Below, in pieces: positions 49,372 to 60,853 of a DNA stretch of 64,000 nucleotides. Source of the stretch: Magallana gigas (lineage: Eukaryota); contig NC_088856.1 in assembly GCF_963853765.1 (NCBI RefSeq), positions 28,582,001 to 28,646,000 of the forward strand, written 5' to 3'. The notes beneath the pieces were generated by a model. It saw only the letters and a list, made by a program, of their open reading frames with translations, did no database searches and was not told the DNA's origin. Made by a program: the position numbers and the translations under genes. Every line of letters starts with the position of its first letter. Position 1 is the stretch's first letter.

Positions 49372-51036
49372 CTAATTTGAATATTTGATTTTTTTTACAT
49401 TGGCTTTCCAATACTCGCAGACAAACAGATTGTCGTTATTGTCAACGCATATACCATAAGGACTCTTTAGATCACAGTTATCAATGTAACGGAGAAAATT
49501 TCCATTCTGATCCAAAATGTAAATACAATGGTTTTCAAAGTCTGCTGTCAGGATACGACCCTGACTGTCTGTTGTGATACCACGGGGTTTACATGTTTTG
49601 TTCGTGGTAACTAATGGATGAGCAGTGTATCTCCATCTGAGTTTCCCGTCCTGATTAACCACCACTACTGCACCAGCCACACTGTCAGCTACACAGATGT
49701 CATGGTTTCTGTTCTCAGTGATGTATTTAGTATAACCATTCCCTGAGTACAGAGGTTTACCTTCATCATCAAATTGAATGGTTTGTTTCTCTGTAGATCC
49801 TGAGTAACGGACAACTTTGGATTGAGATTTATCATCACTGAACATGGTAACCAGGAGATCACCAGTAGAGGTGACACACAGATTAAAGGGCGTCCATCCC
49901 TGTAATCTGATCAACTCGTCTGTCTTTCCATTATTTACTCTATACACTGACTTAATTCTTCCCTCAGAGACAATTAGATTTGAATCGCTGTATACAGTAA
50001 TACCCAGGGGTAATTTTCCAGATTTTGTATAGACCGTCTGGAGGAGTGAACCTTTACTGTTGAAGCATTTGATTTCATTGGTCTCCCCACTTGTCCAAAT
50101 CCTGACCTCGTTATCACAGGTAATATTGCGTAAGGATGCATGCCCAGTCTCTATTGTGGCAACCATCTTCGGTACATCTAGTAGTTCTCTGACTGAAGTA
50201 TTGAGTTGGTTTAGTGACAAAACAGTTTCCTCAGTAGCAGTAGATAATGGGATAATCTTTCCAAACAAAGTATACAGCTTATCACTGTTTGTTGGGTTTG
50301 GAATGAATGTTGGCAGTGATACTTGAACCTTAGGTGGAAGCTTGCTGAACTCTCTGATCTTAGAGCTGTACTCAATAGTAGGAGATACGTCAGTGGATTT
50401 CTGGAGTTCCTCTAAGGCTAGTAAAGTCTGCTTTATGAGAGACTGTATCTGTTTGATTTCATCTAAATGTTTCTGTAAGATGTCTTTGTGTTTTACTTTC
50501 ATATCGCTGATTTCAGTTTTCATTTTGTTGATAACGTTGTCGATTTCTCTATGCCATTGCTCTTTTTGTTTAGAAATTGTTGTTGTAAGTTTCTCATATT
50601 CTCCATCCAGGTTGGCAATTTGATTTTCCAAGTCCAGTGCAATATCATCATATGTAGGAGAAATAAGGTTATCTAATTCTACTTTATCTTTTTCCATTAC
50701 CTCTTTCTTTGTCTTGTAAACCTCTGATAATTCTAGAAATTTATGGCCTCTGTGTTTTTCAGATGCCATACAAGATGAACAAATCAAAATGTTGTTGCAA
50801 TTCTCACATTGAAAATCACAGATTTTGTGTGAATGTGTTTCGCATTTCGGATAAATGAGGGTTGATCGTCGATCCTGGAAGGGGACTATTTTATGTTTGT
50901 CATATCCATCTGTAATGTGTTCACCTATACAGGGCTTGCACAGGTTGACATGACAAAAGTCGCAGTAGCTGTGTACTATGGGGGTCTCACAAAAGTCACA
51001 TTGGTGCACATCCTGGGCAGTAGAATGTGGATCCAT
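49372..51036 (-). CDS. RING-less TRIM-like protein (2 B-boxes, coiled coil, NHL), 554 aa, copy 3
   Basis: MDPHSTAQD start after acceptor TTTTTCAG. Same architecture and length as copy 1, roughly three-quarters identical by eye. Putative 5'UTR exon donor G|GTAAGT near 52397. Confidence 0.92.
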   Translation of the reverse strand: MDPHSTAQDVHQCDFCETPIVHSYCDFCHVNLCKPCIGEHITDGYDKHKIVPFQDRRSTLIYPKCETHSHKICDFQCENCNNILICSSCMASEKHRGHKFLELSEVYKTKKEVMEKDKVELDNLISPTYDDIALDLENQIANLDGEYEKLTTTISKQKEQWHREIDNVINKMKTEISDMKVKHKDILQKHLDEIKQIQSLIKQTLLALEELQKSTDVSPTIEYSSKIREFSKLPPKVQVSLPTFIPNPTNSDKLYTLFGKIIPLSTATEETVLSLNQLNTSVRELLDVPKMVATIETGHASLRNITCDNEVRIWTSGETNEIKCFNSKGSLLQTVYTKSGKLPLGITVYSDSNLIVSEGRIKSVYRVNNGKTDELIRLQGWTPFNLCVTSTGDLLVTMFSDDKSQSKVVRYSGSTEKQTIQFDDEGKPLYSGNGYTKYITENRNHDICVADSVAGAVVVVNQDGKLRWRYTAHPLVTTNKTCKPRGITTDSQGRILTADFENHCIYILDQNGNFLRYIDNCDLKSPYGICVDNNDNLFVCEYWKANVKKIKYSN

Positions 51037-51355
51037 GGTTGTTCTGAAAAAAAAATTAAATTCAAACACTTAATAAATTGTTAATACCATTTTTTAAAAA
51101 GACTTACTTGAAATATACATGTACTTGTACATTCTTAATCATAATAAAACACGTCGAGAAATAAAAAAAATTGTAGGTACAATATTTTTTAATTCGAAAA
51201 TGAAATTAAAACTGTTTTTGAACAACACTTTCTTGCAATTCACAATCAATATAACAAAAAAAATAATAATTATAATTTGATCTAAGTAATACATGTCAAT
51301 TGAGGAATACCCTAACAACCCCTCTTAAAGAATCTCGCATTGGTGTATAACTTAA

Positions 51356-51863
51356 GGTATCCCATCCATATTTGGACCAAATTGTTCCAACCTTGAATAT
51401 CTATCATGTATTTAATACTTTGATATGTATTTGAAGCATTTACGAGTAGAAAAAGATTTACCGAGAGAAATCTTCAAAAATATTATTGACTAAGCAGTAA
51501 TCAATTAATGAAGATTGCATTAAGGTCTATGGAAACTATCACATTTTTGTAAATAAAAAAGTAATTACTAGGAATATCAAAAAATGCTTTGGTGGAAAGA
51601 TGTATTTTATCATTAGAAATACAACAAATATTGAAATTAAATTTTATACCGTGTAGATTGTTTTAGAATTAATTTTTATAGAATAACAGCAAAGGGGGAC
51701 AACTCTTCAAAAAAAGAAAAGGTCATTAAAAAGGACACATTCCACTCTTTCATATTGATACTTATATAGGAAAATTATGTTCAAGTATACTGAGTATTTA
51801 GCCCATACATACCTGTTATGCATCCACAATCATTGAATCTGAGGCTATTATAGATCGGATACC
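51356..51863. mobile_element. TTAA-TSD MITE (Kolobok-like), 508 bp, in 5'UTR intron of TRIM-like copy 3
   Basis: TTAA|GGTATCCCATC...GATCGGATACC|TTAA. The paralogous site near 37215 lacks the element. Confidence 0.85.
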
Positions 51864-53094
51864 TTAAACTGGAAGAGCTAAAATTGGTCTATCCTTGCTA
51901 GTGTATTATAACACGTGTACGTTTTTCTAGATCCTTCTATTGCTAATCTTATATTGTATTTGATTCATTTTTCATTTATTCACAAGATAGGAAATTGTTC
52001 AAATAAAGAATATAAATCTAATCGGTGATTTAGAAAATGTTTTGCCATTCGTTTATTTGATTTAATTTACGAGCAAAGAAACGTGTGATGTCATTCAGTC
52101 ATTACACATTCTAGCAGATACGCCCCTTCCCCAATCTTTCCTTTCTGAGATGGAAATAAATATCACGGATCACTTTGAGACCTATTTGGAGAAACATATT
52201 TTGAAAAGATGCTATATCGTGTGTTTTTGATTTACCTTTAATGTACAGTTATTAATAAAACAACCCCATAAATGTTCACAACCGTAAAATACACAGAACG
52301 TAAAGTGAAAGTAGACCTAACTTGTAATTTCTTATGCCACTTATTTTAATCCCTTTTATAAACGATTAAGGTTTGGTTAAGTACAAAAAAAAGAATACTT
52401 ACCGTGTTTAGTAAGAATATAAGTATCTTTAACCGTCTGGGTTCCTTGCCCAAAACATGGCCGATCCTGCTCTGAGTTCTGATAAACAACGCAGTAAATG
52501 ATAATAAAAAATAATTAGAGTTATTTCCCGTTCATTATTGTCAATCTTGGCGGAGTGAAAACTTTTGCTCATTTTACATGTATCTCTTGTGGTAATAAAT
52601 TGATAAAATTTCAATTGCTTCATTTACGCCATCGAGTAATACAGCTGTGGATCCAAGTTTTATTTCTTTGGTGTAAAGATGAGGCCCAAACGCAGAAGGA
52701 TGCTATTTTTGGAAGGAGTTTGGAGCACGTTTTTCTGAGGAGAGTCCAAACTCGATTTTGACAAGGTTGAAGTAAAGAAAAGTAAAGTTGTAGCGATTCT
52801 TCTATATTATAATTTTGAAAAAATGTACTTCTGAATATCCTAAAAAGTCAGGACGTCATTGTATAGATCTTTTCATAGTGCTTAATTCTAGTTGAACTCC
52901 AAAAAAAATATTAACATACCTTTATGCATAGTGTACAAATGTTACACCCGCTAAAATAATTCACTATAAGCAAAAAAAATGCTTTGATGTTTTCTGTGGG
53001 TATGATGATAGCAAACACTGCAAAATAGAAACTTAAAGTTTCGCTTAGGTGTTATCAAACATAGATGATATGCAATTCATGTAAAGATTTAAGG

Positions 53095-53398
53095 AATAAG
53101 GAATCATTTTTTGAGTATTATGAGGCGATAATTTCGGTCGGGCGCTTTATGATAGATTTGACCACGCCCCGACCGAAATTATTACCTCATAATATTCAAT
53201 GAATGCTTCCTGATTCCTTATTACTTTATATTTATATAATTTTCGGCAGTTGTATGATTAAAATTAGAATATTAAGTATGCAAACCCCGCTTGCACCCCA
53301 ACAGTACGCCATTCGAATTTATTGGGCTGTATAGCACAAAATAGATTCGTAGTGTAAACACAGACAGAGACACTGGAATGTGTAAAATTTGAAAAATA
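53095..53398 (+). mobile_element. Hairpin-type element inserted upstream of TRIM-like copy 3
   Basis: AATAAGGAATCA...GAGTATTATGAGG..AATTTCGGTCGGG / CCCGACCGAAATT..CCTCATAATATTC...TGATTCCTTATT. Absent from the paralogous site near 38360. Confidence 0.7.
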
Positions 53399-54063
53399 AA
53401 TAACATGTTGTTTCAATTTTTTATATATAATATGGCAATTTATACTTCCTTATTATTTAATTAGATAAGTACAAATCCAATTATTAAGGGATCAAATGTA
53501 GGTAATGAATCGTAAAACATGTTCTATGATTTTGTTAAAATTAAGTATGTTCACAAGCTGGGGGGGGGGGGGATCCAGATACCTATCTATCTATATCTAC
53601 TATATTAAAATAATAGACTCGAATTTTTGGGTTTTAATACCGAGAAATCAAAAGAGTACTGTTATTTGTTTTATATATTTTGTTTTGAATCATTATTGGC
53701 ACTTGAAGATTACCAGTTTGTTTTTATTTTTTCTCAATCAAGCTTCGCTAATTAATAATCAACGAAAACTCCTTTAAAAAATCAGGAAATCATATGGATT
53801 TTTTTAATTTTACAGTCTTGCGCATGTGCATTACATTCACGGTAAATCACGGGAGGCTCTTTAGTTTTTGTTTCCACAAATCACAAAAAGCGATATTACA
53901 AATACGTGTAAATTTTCATTGAAAATTTGTCATATATATATATTGTGAAAACTACTTTTCTTAGGAAGACTTTTCCGCTTTGATTACGATTCCCTGCCGA
54001 AAAAAATCTTTCTCGATCACTAGGCTGATGTCCTGCATGCTATATTTGTCGGAAAAACAAAAA

Positions 54064-54200
54064 GGATTTATCCCCGACATCATAACAATCCTTCACCTAT
54101 ACGACCTCACAGAATACTTACAAGACTGGCTGTACAACGGAACTTTCCCAACCAAAGACTCTTCGAAAAAGATTGTCATTTATACCTTCATCTATACGGA
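54064..54200 (+). mobile_element. Non-LTR retrotransposon ORF2 C-terminal fragment (RTE-X-like)
   Basis: Peptide GFIPDIITILHLYDLTEYLQDWLYNGTFPTKDSSKKIV resembles, from memory, the post-RT region of invertebrate LINEs. No RT motifs are present. Confidence 0.4.
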
Positions 54201-55071
54201 AATTGCCATCAACTCCCGACGAAATCAACTTGTGTACAAAAATGCATTGCAATTATAACTGTAAAAATATGTATATCTGTGTACTGTATAATCGCGCATT
54301 CGGGGATGTCTCCTGTCACTGCTCATGTACGTGTCCAGTTACATTCGATTTTCGAAATAGATGGCGGAGCGTGATTATAATTACTTCAGAGCCCTCCGTT
54401 TAAGCGTAATGTGAGTTTAACAGTTCTGACAAACATTTTGTGAACGATAGTGCAAATATGAAAATTTTGTAAGTCAATTTATCTTTTCTTCTCACCTTTG
54501 TCCTTATTATTTGATGTTTTCTTTTCTGAGAATTTATAGCTTGTATGTATCTTCATTGTCTCTTTAAGGAGGAAATAAAGTATGACTTAATGAATAGGGG
54601 AGAATTTTAAGTAACTGTACGATTATGTAGGAGTTTAGATTTATTAATTATTGTATTAATAAATCCATAAACAAAAGTTATTAATTTATTGATAATCAAA
54701 TTAATATCATTAGGTCATAACTATAGTACAGGTGAATTTTAAGTAGTCCGAGTATCGCATTACGTCATAATACGATTTTACAATATTGGTTCGACTTTTA
54801 CAAAGCGTTTTAAATATCCGGTGTTGATTTTGCTCTACATTGCAGCATCGCAATAATAATATTAGAATTAGAATTATAATTAGAACGGTAATTTATGTAT
54901 TCTATGAGAGATTGAAATGATCAATTGGTTGAAAAACTCAATTTTGTTAAAGTAAAATGAAAAAAAAACGAAACTTCTGTTTAACCAGTATCTCAGGTAT
55001 GTTTATATCTTCTATGTTTTGACTCCCCCCCCCCCCTTACGATTTTTTTTCTTTTACTAACACCGGTTTAA

Positions 55072-55952
55072 AGAACGTGGGGGAATAAGCCGAGACATAT
55101 ACTCCCTTAAGCCCATTTGAAAAACCCACAATTATTTTTCAAATATCACTTTTGTTACATTTATTACGCATATGTGATTGTTTGCATTCAGTATTGCCAA
55201 AACCTTCAAAAACTTACCTCAAATTTAAATGATATTAAGACATCACAATATGTATAAGCTAATTGAGCAACAAAATGCTAATGAAATCGGATGTTTAGAC
55301 TAAACAAAAAAATGGTACCAAGACCCACTCTATAGCATAAAGCAAGTTCTCTTCCTTTAATTTTCAAGATGATCATCAAATGGCAAAGACCGATTTATGT
55401 TTGTGCAATACTAAATTGAGGTTGTTATATAAATAAGATAAAACTTGTGATACTGTGGTGTAGCGGTTAGCAACGAGTTCTTGGAACATACGTATGTTGA
55501 AATGGGTGTTCGATTCCAATGAATCGTGTTGTAAATACTTTTTTATATCTTTGTTTACTTTGTTTAGATTAGAAAAAATCATTTGACGTAAAAAAAAAAA
55601 AAAAAAAAGTAAAAACTCCGTTATTATGATTAAAACACATGCACTTAATCATTTTATAGTTTTTTTTTTTTAAATAAATTATCTTTAGTATTCTTTTTAA
55701 AAGATAACATGTGACTTTGTTGATGGGGTACTAATTATAGACTTTCAGACAAAAGATTGAAATTCTTTATTCTATGTGCACGCACATAATAAATTTTCTG
55801 GAGATATGTAAAATAAGCACAGGAATAAAAGTATTTGAAGTTAATACACATATTATACTAAATGCGTGATTGTCATTTGAAACATACAATGTACTAGTGA
55901 TAGGATTGTGGCCACTTGTGGGCATATGCCTCGGCTTTATCCCCCAGGTTCT
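55072..55952. mobile_element. TIR element, ~880 bp, TTAA-type (Kolobok-like)
   Basis: TTAA|AGAACGTGGGGAATAAGCCGAGACATAT versus ATATGCCTCGGCTTTATCCCCCAGGTTCT|TTAG. Absent from TRIM unit 1. Confidence 0.75.
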
Positions 55953-58047
55953 TTAGAGACAGAAGTTAATTCGAATTTAATTAACTGTCAGTGAATAAAT
56001 GTCTAAATAATATCTAACATTGTTGACACATCTAAGCAGAAAACTGTAGCAAAATGTGATTTTTACGGAATTTTTCTTCAGGGTTTACTTGGTTAAGAGC
56101 TTATAGCGTAAAAAGTCATCCATCAAAATATTATTTATTTTACTAAATATTTTCTTCTAAGATGTCATTCTATAGAATAAACACCAAAAATTTAGGTTTG
56201 AGTCCATAAAATAGTAAAAATTGACCAAATACAATACATGCATTGCATTTTTTTGTATTCTATTTTGATACATCAGGCCCATAAAGCGTACTTACTAACA
56301 ACATTTTTCGAAAAATGTTTATGAGATATGGTTTTAATATATGTTTATTCTCTATTTTGTATGTCCAGTTCTGATTTTCCCCAAATTGGTAATTATTTTT
56401 TAGGAAAAACGGACGTCTGGCAAATTTCATAATTGTCAATAATTTTCGGAAGAGGGTACTCCCTTCTGAGACGTGATAACAAAAAAAAAAAAAAACTAGC
56501 ATGTAAACATACATAGTTTCTTTTCTTCATGTATCGCTATAACGTATATCTATTATTTAAAGCTAGGCTTCTAATTAATGAGTCCATTTAGTGCTATGGA
56601 TAGGGCTATCTTAAATGAAATTCGGAGATACCCAGAACCCCAACAGGCGTTTGTTTAATGTTATTCCACACAACAAATTCCCCTTTTACAATTGGATATT
56701 AAATACTGACATTTTTAAGGGGTTTTTTTTCAATTCGTGTAACTATGCCAATCTACGCCATTTGCGTCATTGATAAAATGTATTGGTCTAATAGTATACT
56801 TTACGTTGATTTGTTATATTATCACATTCAAAGACTCCGGAAAATGTAGATATTTTGAAATACAAGTCATTCTTACGATCCGAATGATAATATTCGTAAA
56901 CATATCAGTAAGTAGTTTCGGCGTTGGGTGCTATCGTTGAGGAAAGAGACCGGACTATTGATGAACCTATAACTGAGCATACATGCTTATTCTGCAACTT
57001 CGACAAAATAAAGCACTAATTCTACTTTCTTCTAAAATGTACTACATGCAGTTATAATAATTAGTGTTATGTTAAACAAAAATTTTTTTATTTAACTTAC
57101 TACAATCTATTTAAACTCTTATTTTAATTTTCCAAACAAACTGCATATTCATACTTTGCATTTAAACGATAATGTTGCACGTTACAGTTCAATATATATA
57201 TACTATACCTATTTATTTAATTATTTGGCAGCTCTAAACTTAAACTTTAAACACTTTAAGAAGCACTTTAGCAACAAGTTTACACTAAGACTCCGCGTAG
57301 GAAGGGCAAACAGAAAATTGGACATAAAAACAGACTAGTACCGTGTAAATAATAGGACGTTGATTTTAATTCTTCAAAATTAATAATCAGATTTATTTTT
57401 TCAGATTTTTCTCGTCCTAAGGAATATATCCTTTACCTAATAAATCAATGAAATGGCTTTAAATTTGCAAGGTAGGAGTATTTTTAGCGATGAAAATGTA
57501 TTCCGTAAGGTGTTTGTGAAAATTTGTTTATTTGTTTATTTAGGTTATCATGTGTCAATATAATTTAGACGTATGACTTAGTATTCTAGAAAATATTATC
57601 AAATGAAGGCTATGGGAAATTTTGGAGCTTGCATGCATTAGAATGGTAAATTTTCTTTCTAAAAGCAAATAATGAATTTTTGCCAACCATTATCATATCC
57701 CGTATTTTTCTTGAAACTATATGTAAAAGACACCAACTTTTCAGTCGATTTTCGAAAAGAATCTGTGTCTGCAGCCATCGCCCATGATGGAATTTACATT
57801 ATAACTTCTTTTTCTAATTTATGGTTTTTCATCATGATTGTGTATAGCGTTTAATAAAACCCAGGGTAGAAAACAATAGCCCCGGTGTTTTTCACACCTG
57901 TACAGGATTAAAGAAAAACTCAAAATTACTTACGACTTCATTCAACCGTCCAACACCTCCCTTTTTATCTTACAGAAGATGATTTTTATTAATATGAGTG
58001 TCCTATATCCATGCAGCTGTCTTCTGTTTTTGATCCTTATGGGTGAC

Positions 58048-58104
<57 letters not shown>

Positions 58105-58379
58105 CTTTTAAATGAAAATGATCATAAACGAATAATTCCTTATTACTTAAAAACAAAGATCGATATAACTAGATAGCTATGCTATGGCCTTACTGAGTAA
58201 AATTAAGTAAGTTTTGCAGCATGTTAAAACTAAATTCAATTGTGTAAATCCCCATCCATTTAAAACAGCATTTGATTATAGACTTAATAGGTCTGCATAC
58301 TGACAGCATATTGACAGCAATCTTTGCTATATTTCTGAAGACAATTTAATAATTGTTTATAATTTATATGTACATGTTT

Positions 58380-58621
58380 TACTCGTATCGCTCGCAATGT
58401 GATGGACACAGTTTTTACTTTTGAAGTTGTTGCCGATCTCTATAGATATCACATGTGTGATGCTGACATTCGCTAACGTACACCAAGTAAATGGACAAGA
58501 GCTAGTAGAATTGTTCAATCTTCATTTGTTATTCCATTGTATATAACTTGTAAGTTGTAAGAACTTGTTTCCAATCATTTTGTGTATTTTACACAATAAA
58601 ATATGTTCAAATCAATCATAT
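58380..58621 (+). mobile_element. Possible LINE 3' end
   Basis: Ends CAATAAAATATGTTCAAATCAATCA (polyA signal plus short tandem tail). No coding evidence. Confidence 0.3.
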
Positions 58622-58757
58622 AACCTATGTCATTGATGCTTGTCGGATCCCTTATTATCTAGTTTGCCTTTGAAGCGATTTGGTGTCTTTAAACAACTTG
58701 AAATAGTTGTCAATATGTTATATTATGTATGTGTGAAAACCTAAATAGGGTAATCAT

Positions 58758-58810
<53 letters not shown>

Positions 58811-60853
58811 AGGAGTGTGTTCCTGTTTTATTGTTATCTTAGATGCATTATTTATTTCAATCCAAGTCACCTTAACTGTGTCTCGTTCGTTTTTTGATCG
58901 TAATCTTTTACATTTTAAGTCACTTATTTGAAACAACTAGACCACTGTTGATCAAAAACTTCAAGATGTTTTCTTGTAACTAATCATCATTGATAAATAT
59001 TCCGACCAAGATAATTCACGCCACATGTACAACATTTATATCATTTAAAATATTCTATTTGTTTCTACAATGAACTGGGTAATAATCAAGATCTATAAAA
59101 AAAAAAACCTTCTCCCACATATAAGGTCAAGTACTGGAAGAACAAACTATTTCTATAGAAGAGAGAATCTATGGTTTACAGAGTTATATATTATTGATAT
59201 ACATGAACATTGTACTCAGAGCAAAAAGCTGTTTCAATACACTCATGCGTTCACATCTACATTCATTTGCAAACCCAACACCTTCACTCAGTGATAGGAA
59301 CGGCCTTTTCATGCAGGATTCAACTTCTTTAAAAATATATAGAAATGATAAATACTTGTACCTAAATAAATACTCTTTAAAATATTTTAACAATACAGAA
59401 TCAAAGGCCATTTAGAGACTTTTGAAATATTTTACGATATAAGTTGTTTAAAAAAATCCGATGAACTGTCATTAAGAATAAATTTTATGCGAAAAGGTAA
59501 AAGTTTGTCATTTTCTTTGGATTTCAAACAAAACATAAAAATTGCCTTTTATAAATAAAAAAATCGTATATAGGTGAGGACTAAAATTGCAAGTTTTATA
59601 CAGTAGGTCGACGTAAAATATTTTCCGTTTGCCAAATTGGATGGTTAGGTTAAAGTTACGTGTTGACTGAAAAAGTGATAGAATGATAGCTAGTCCGTGA
59701 ACTGCATAATAATTTTTCAGATTTTTGTTTGAATAAACATTGACATGTAACGCTTTATGTATGAGTACCGTTTCTTCCTTTATCACAGTGCTTTAAAACG
59801 CTCACTTGAGCATACAACAGCCAAAGTGTCACGTAAAAAATATTATGAAGTTAATTTTAAAAGCAACAAAAACAAAATCCTTTAAATACATGCAAATTAT
59901 TATGATATGTTATCTAATACATGCAAATATTTATAAGAATAATGTATTTGTAATAAGATATATTAAGTAGACAGTGAGTACATATCCCACATTGCAGCAA
60001 TTGCTGAATTCTAAGTACATTCTATTTTCTTGCTTAATATGACAATGTTACATTTTTCATTTTGTAAGAAAATTTTCGTCAGAATCACAGAGATTTGTGT
60101 ACATGAAAGAAATGCGAAGTAAATTCAAGTTCTAATTAGAGTGGACAACTAATGGCGAGAACTGTACTTATCATGTACATGTACACGTATTTCTCAAGTT
60201 TCATAGAGAGTCATGCGGGTAGAGAATCCAACTACTCATGCAGTATACGGTAAAAGTGTTATCAATACTCAGCATTATTCGCATCAAATAAGGACATATA
60301 GATAAAATTAAAAATTTATAAATCATTTTTCATAATCTTGTTATGATACTAAGTTTGATTCTTGCCTAAATCGCTAAAACATTACATCTTTAAAAAACAA
60401 ACACGTTAAACAATGCTTCACATATAGTTTAGTGCAAGTAATATGAGGTGAACCAAATTTATTATATGCTTTATTAATTCCTAGCTCTTTTAGTGACCGA
60501 TTTCCAACAATCGAGAGAAAAATAAAACGTTTTCTTCACTAGCATTCACTTGCAAGTTGTCTTTGCTTGACAACACTCGATATGATATATCTGTATCAAA
60601 TCGTTGCTGAATCATATACATGTAATGACACAATTGTTGCTGATGGGTTTTTTCCCGACCCTTATGATGATTAAAGTTGCGTGAAGTGGTTCAACGTTTT
60701 GATGTTTTCACATTTTTATAAAAGATAAAATACACTGGTTGTTTCATTAGTATCACTTACGTGCCCGGAAAGATAAATACATGTACTTATACGGGTGTAA
60801 GGTCAAGAACATAGCTTTTAACAACAGGTTTTCTTCCGATGCTTATTTTTTAT

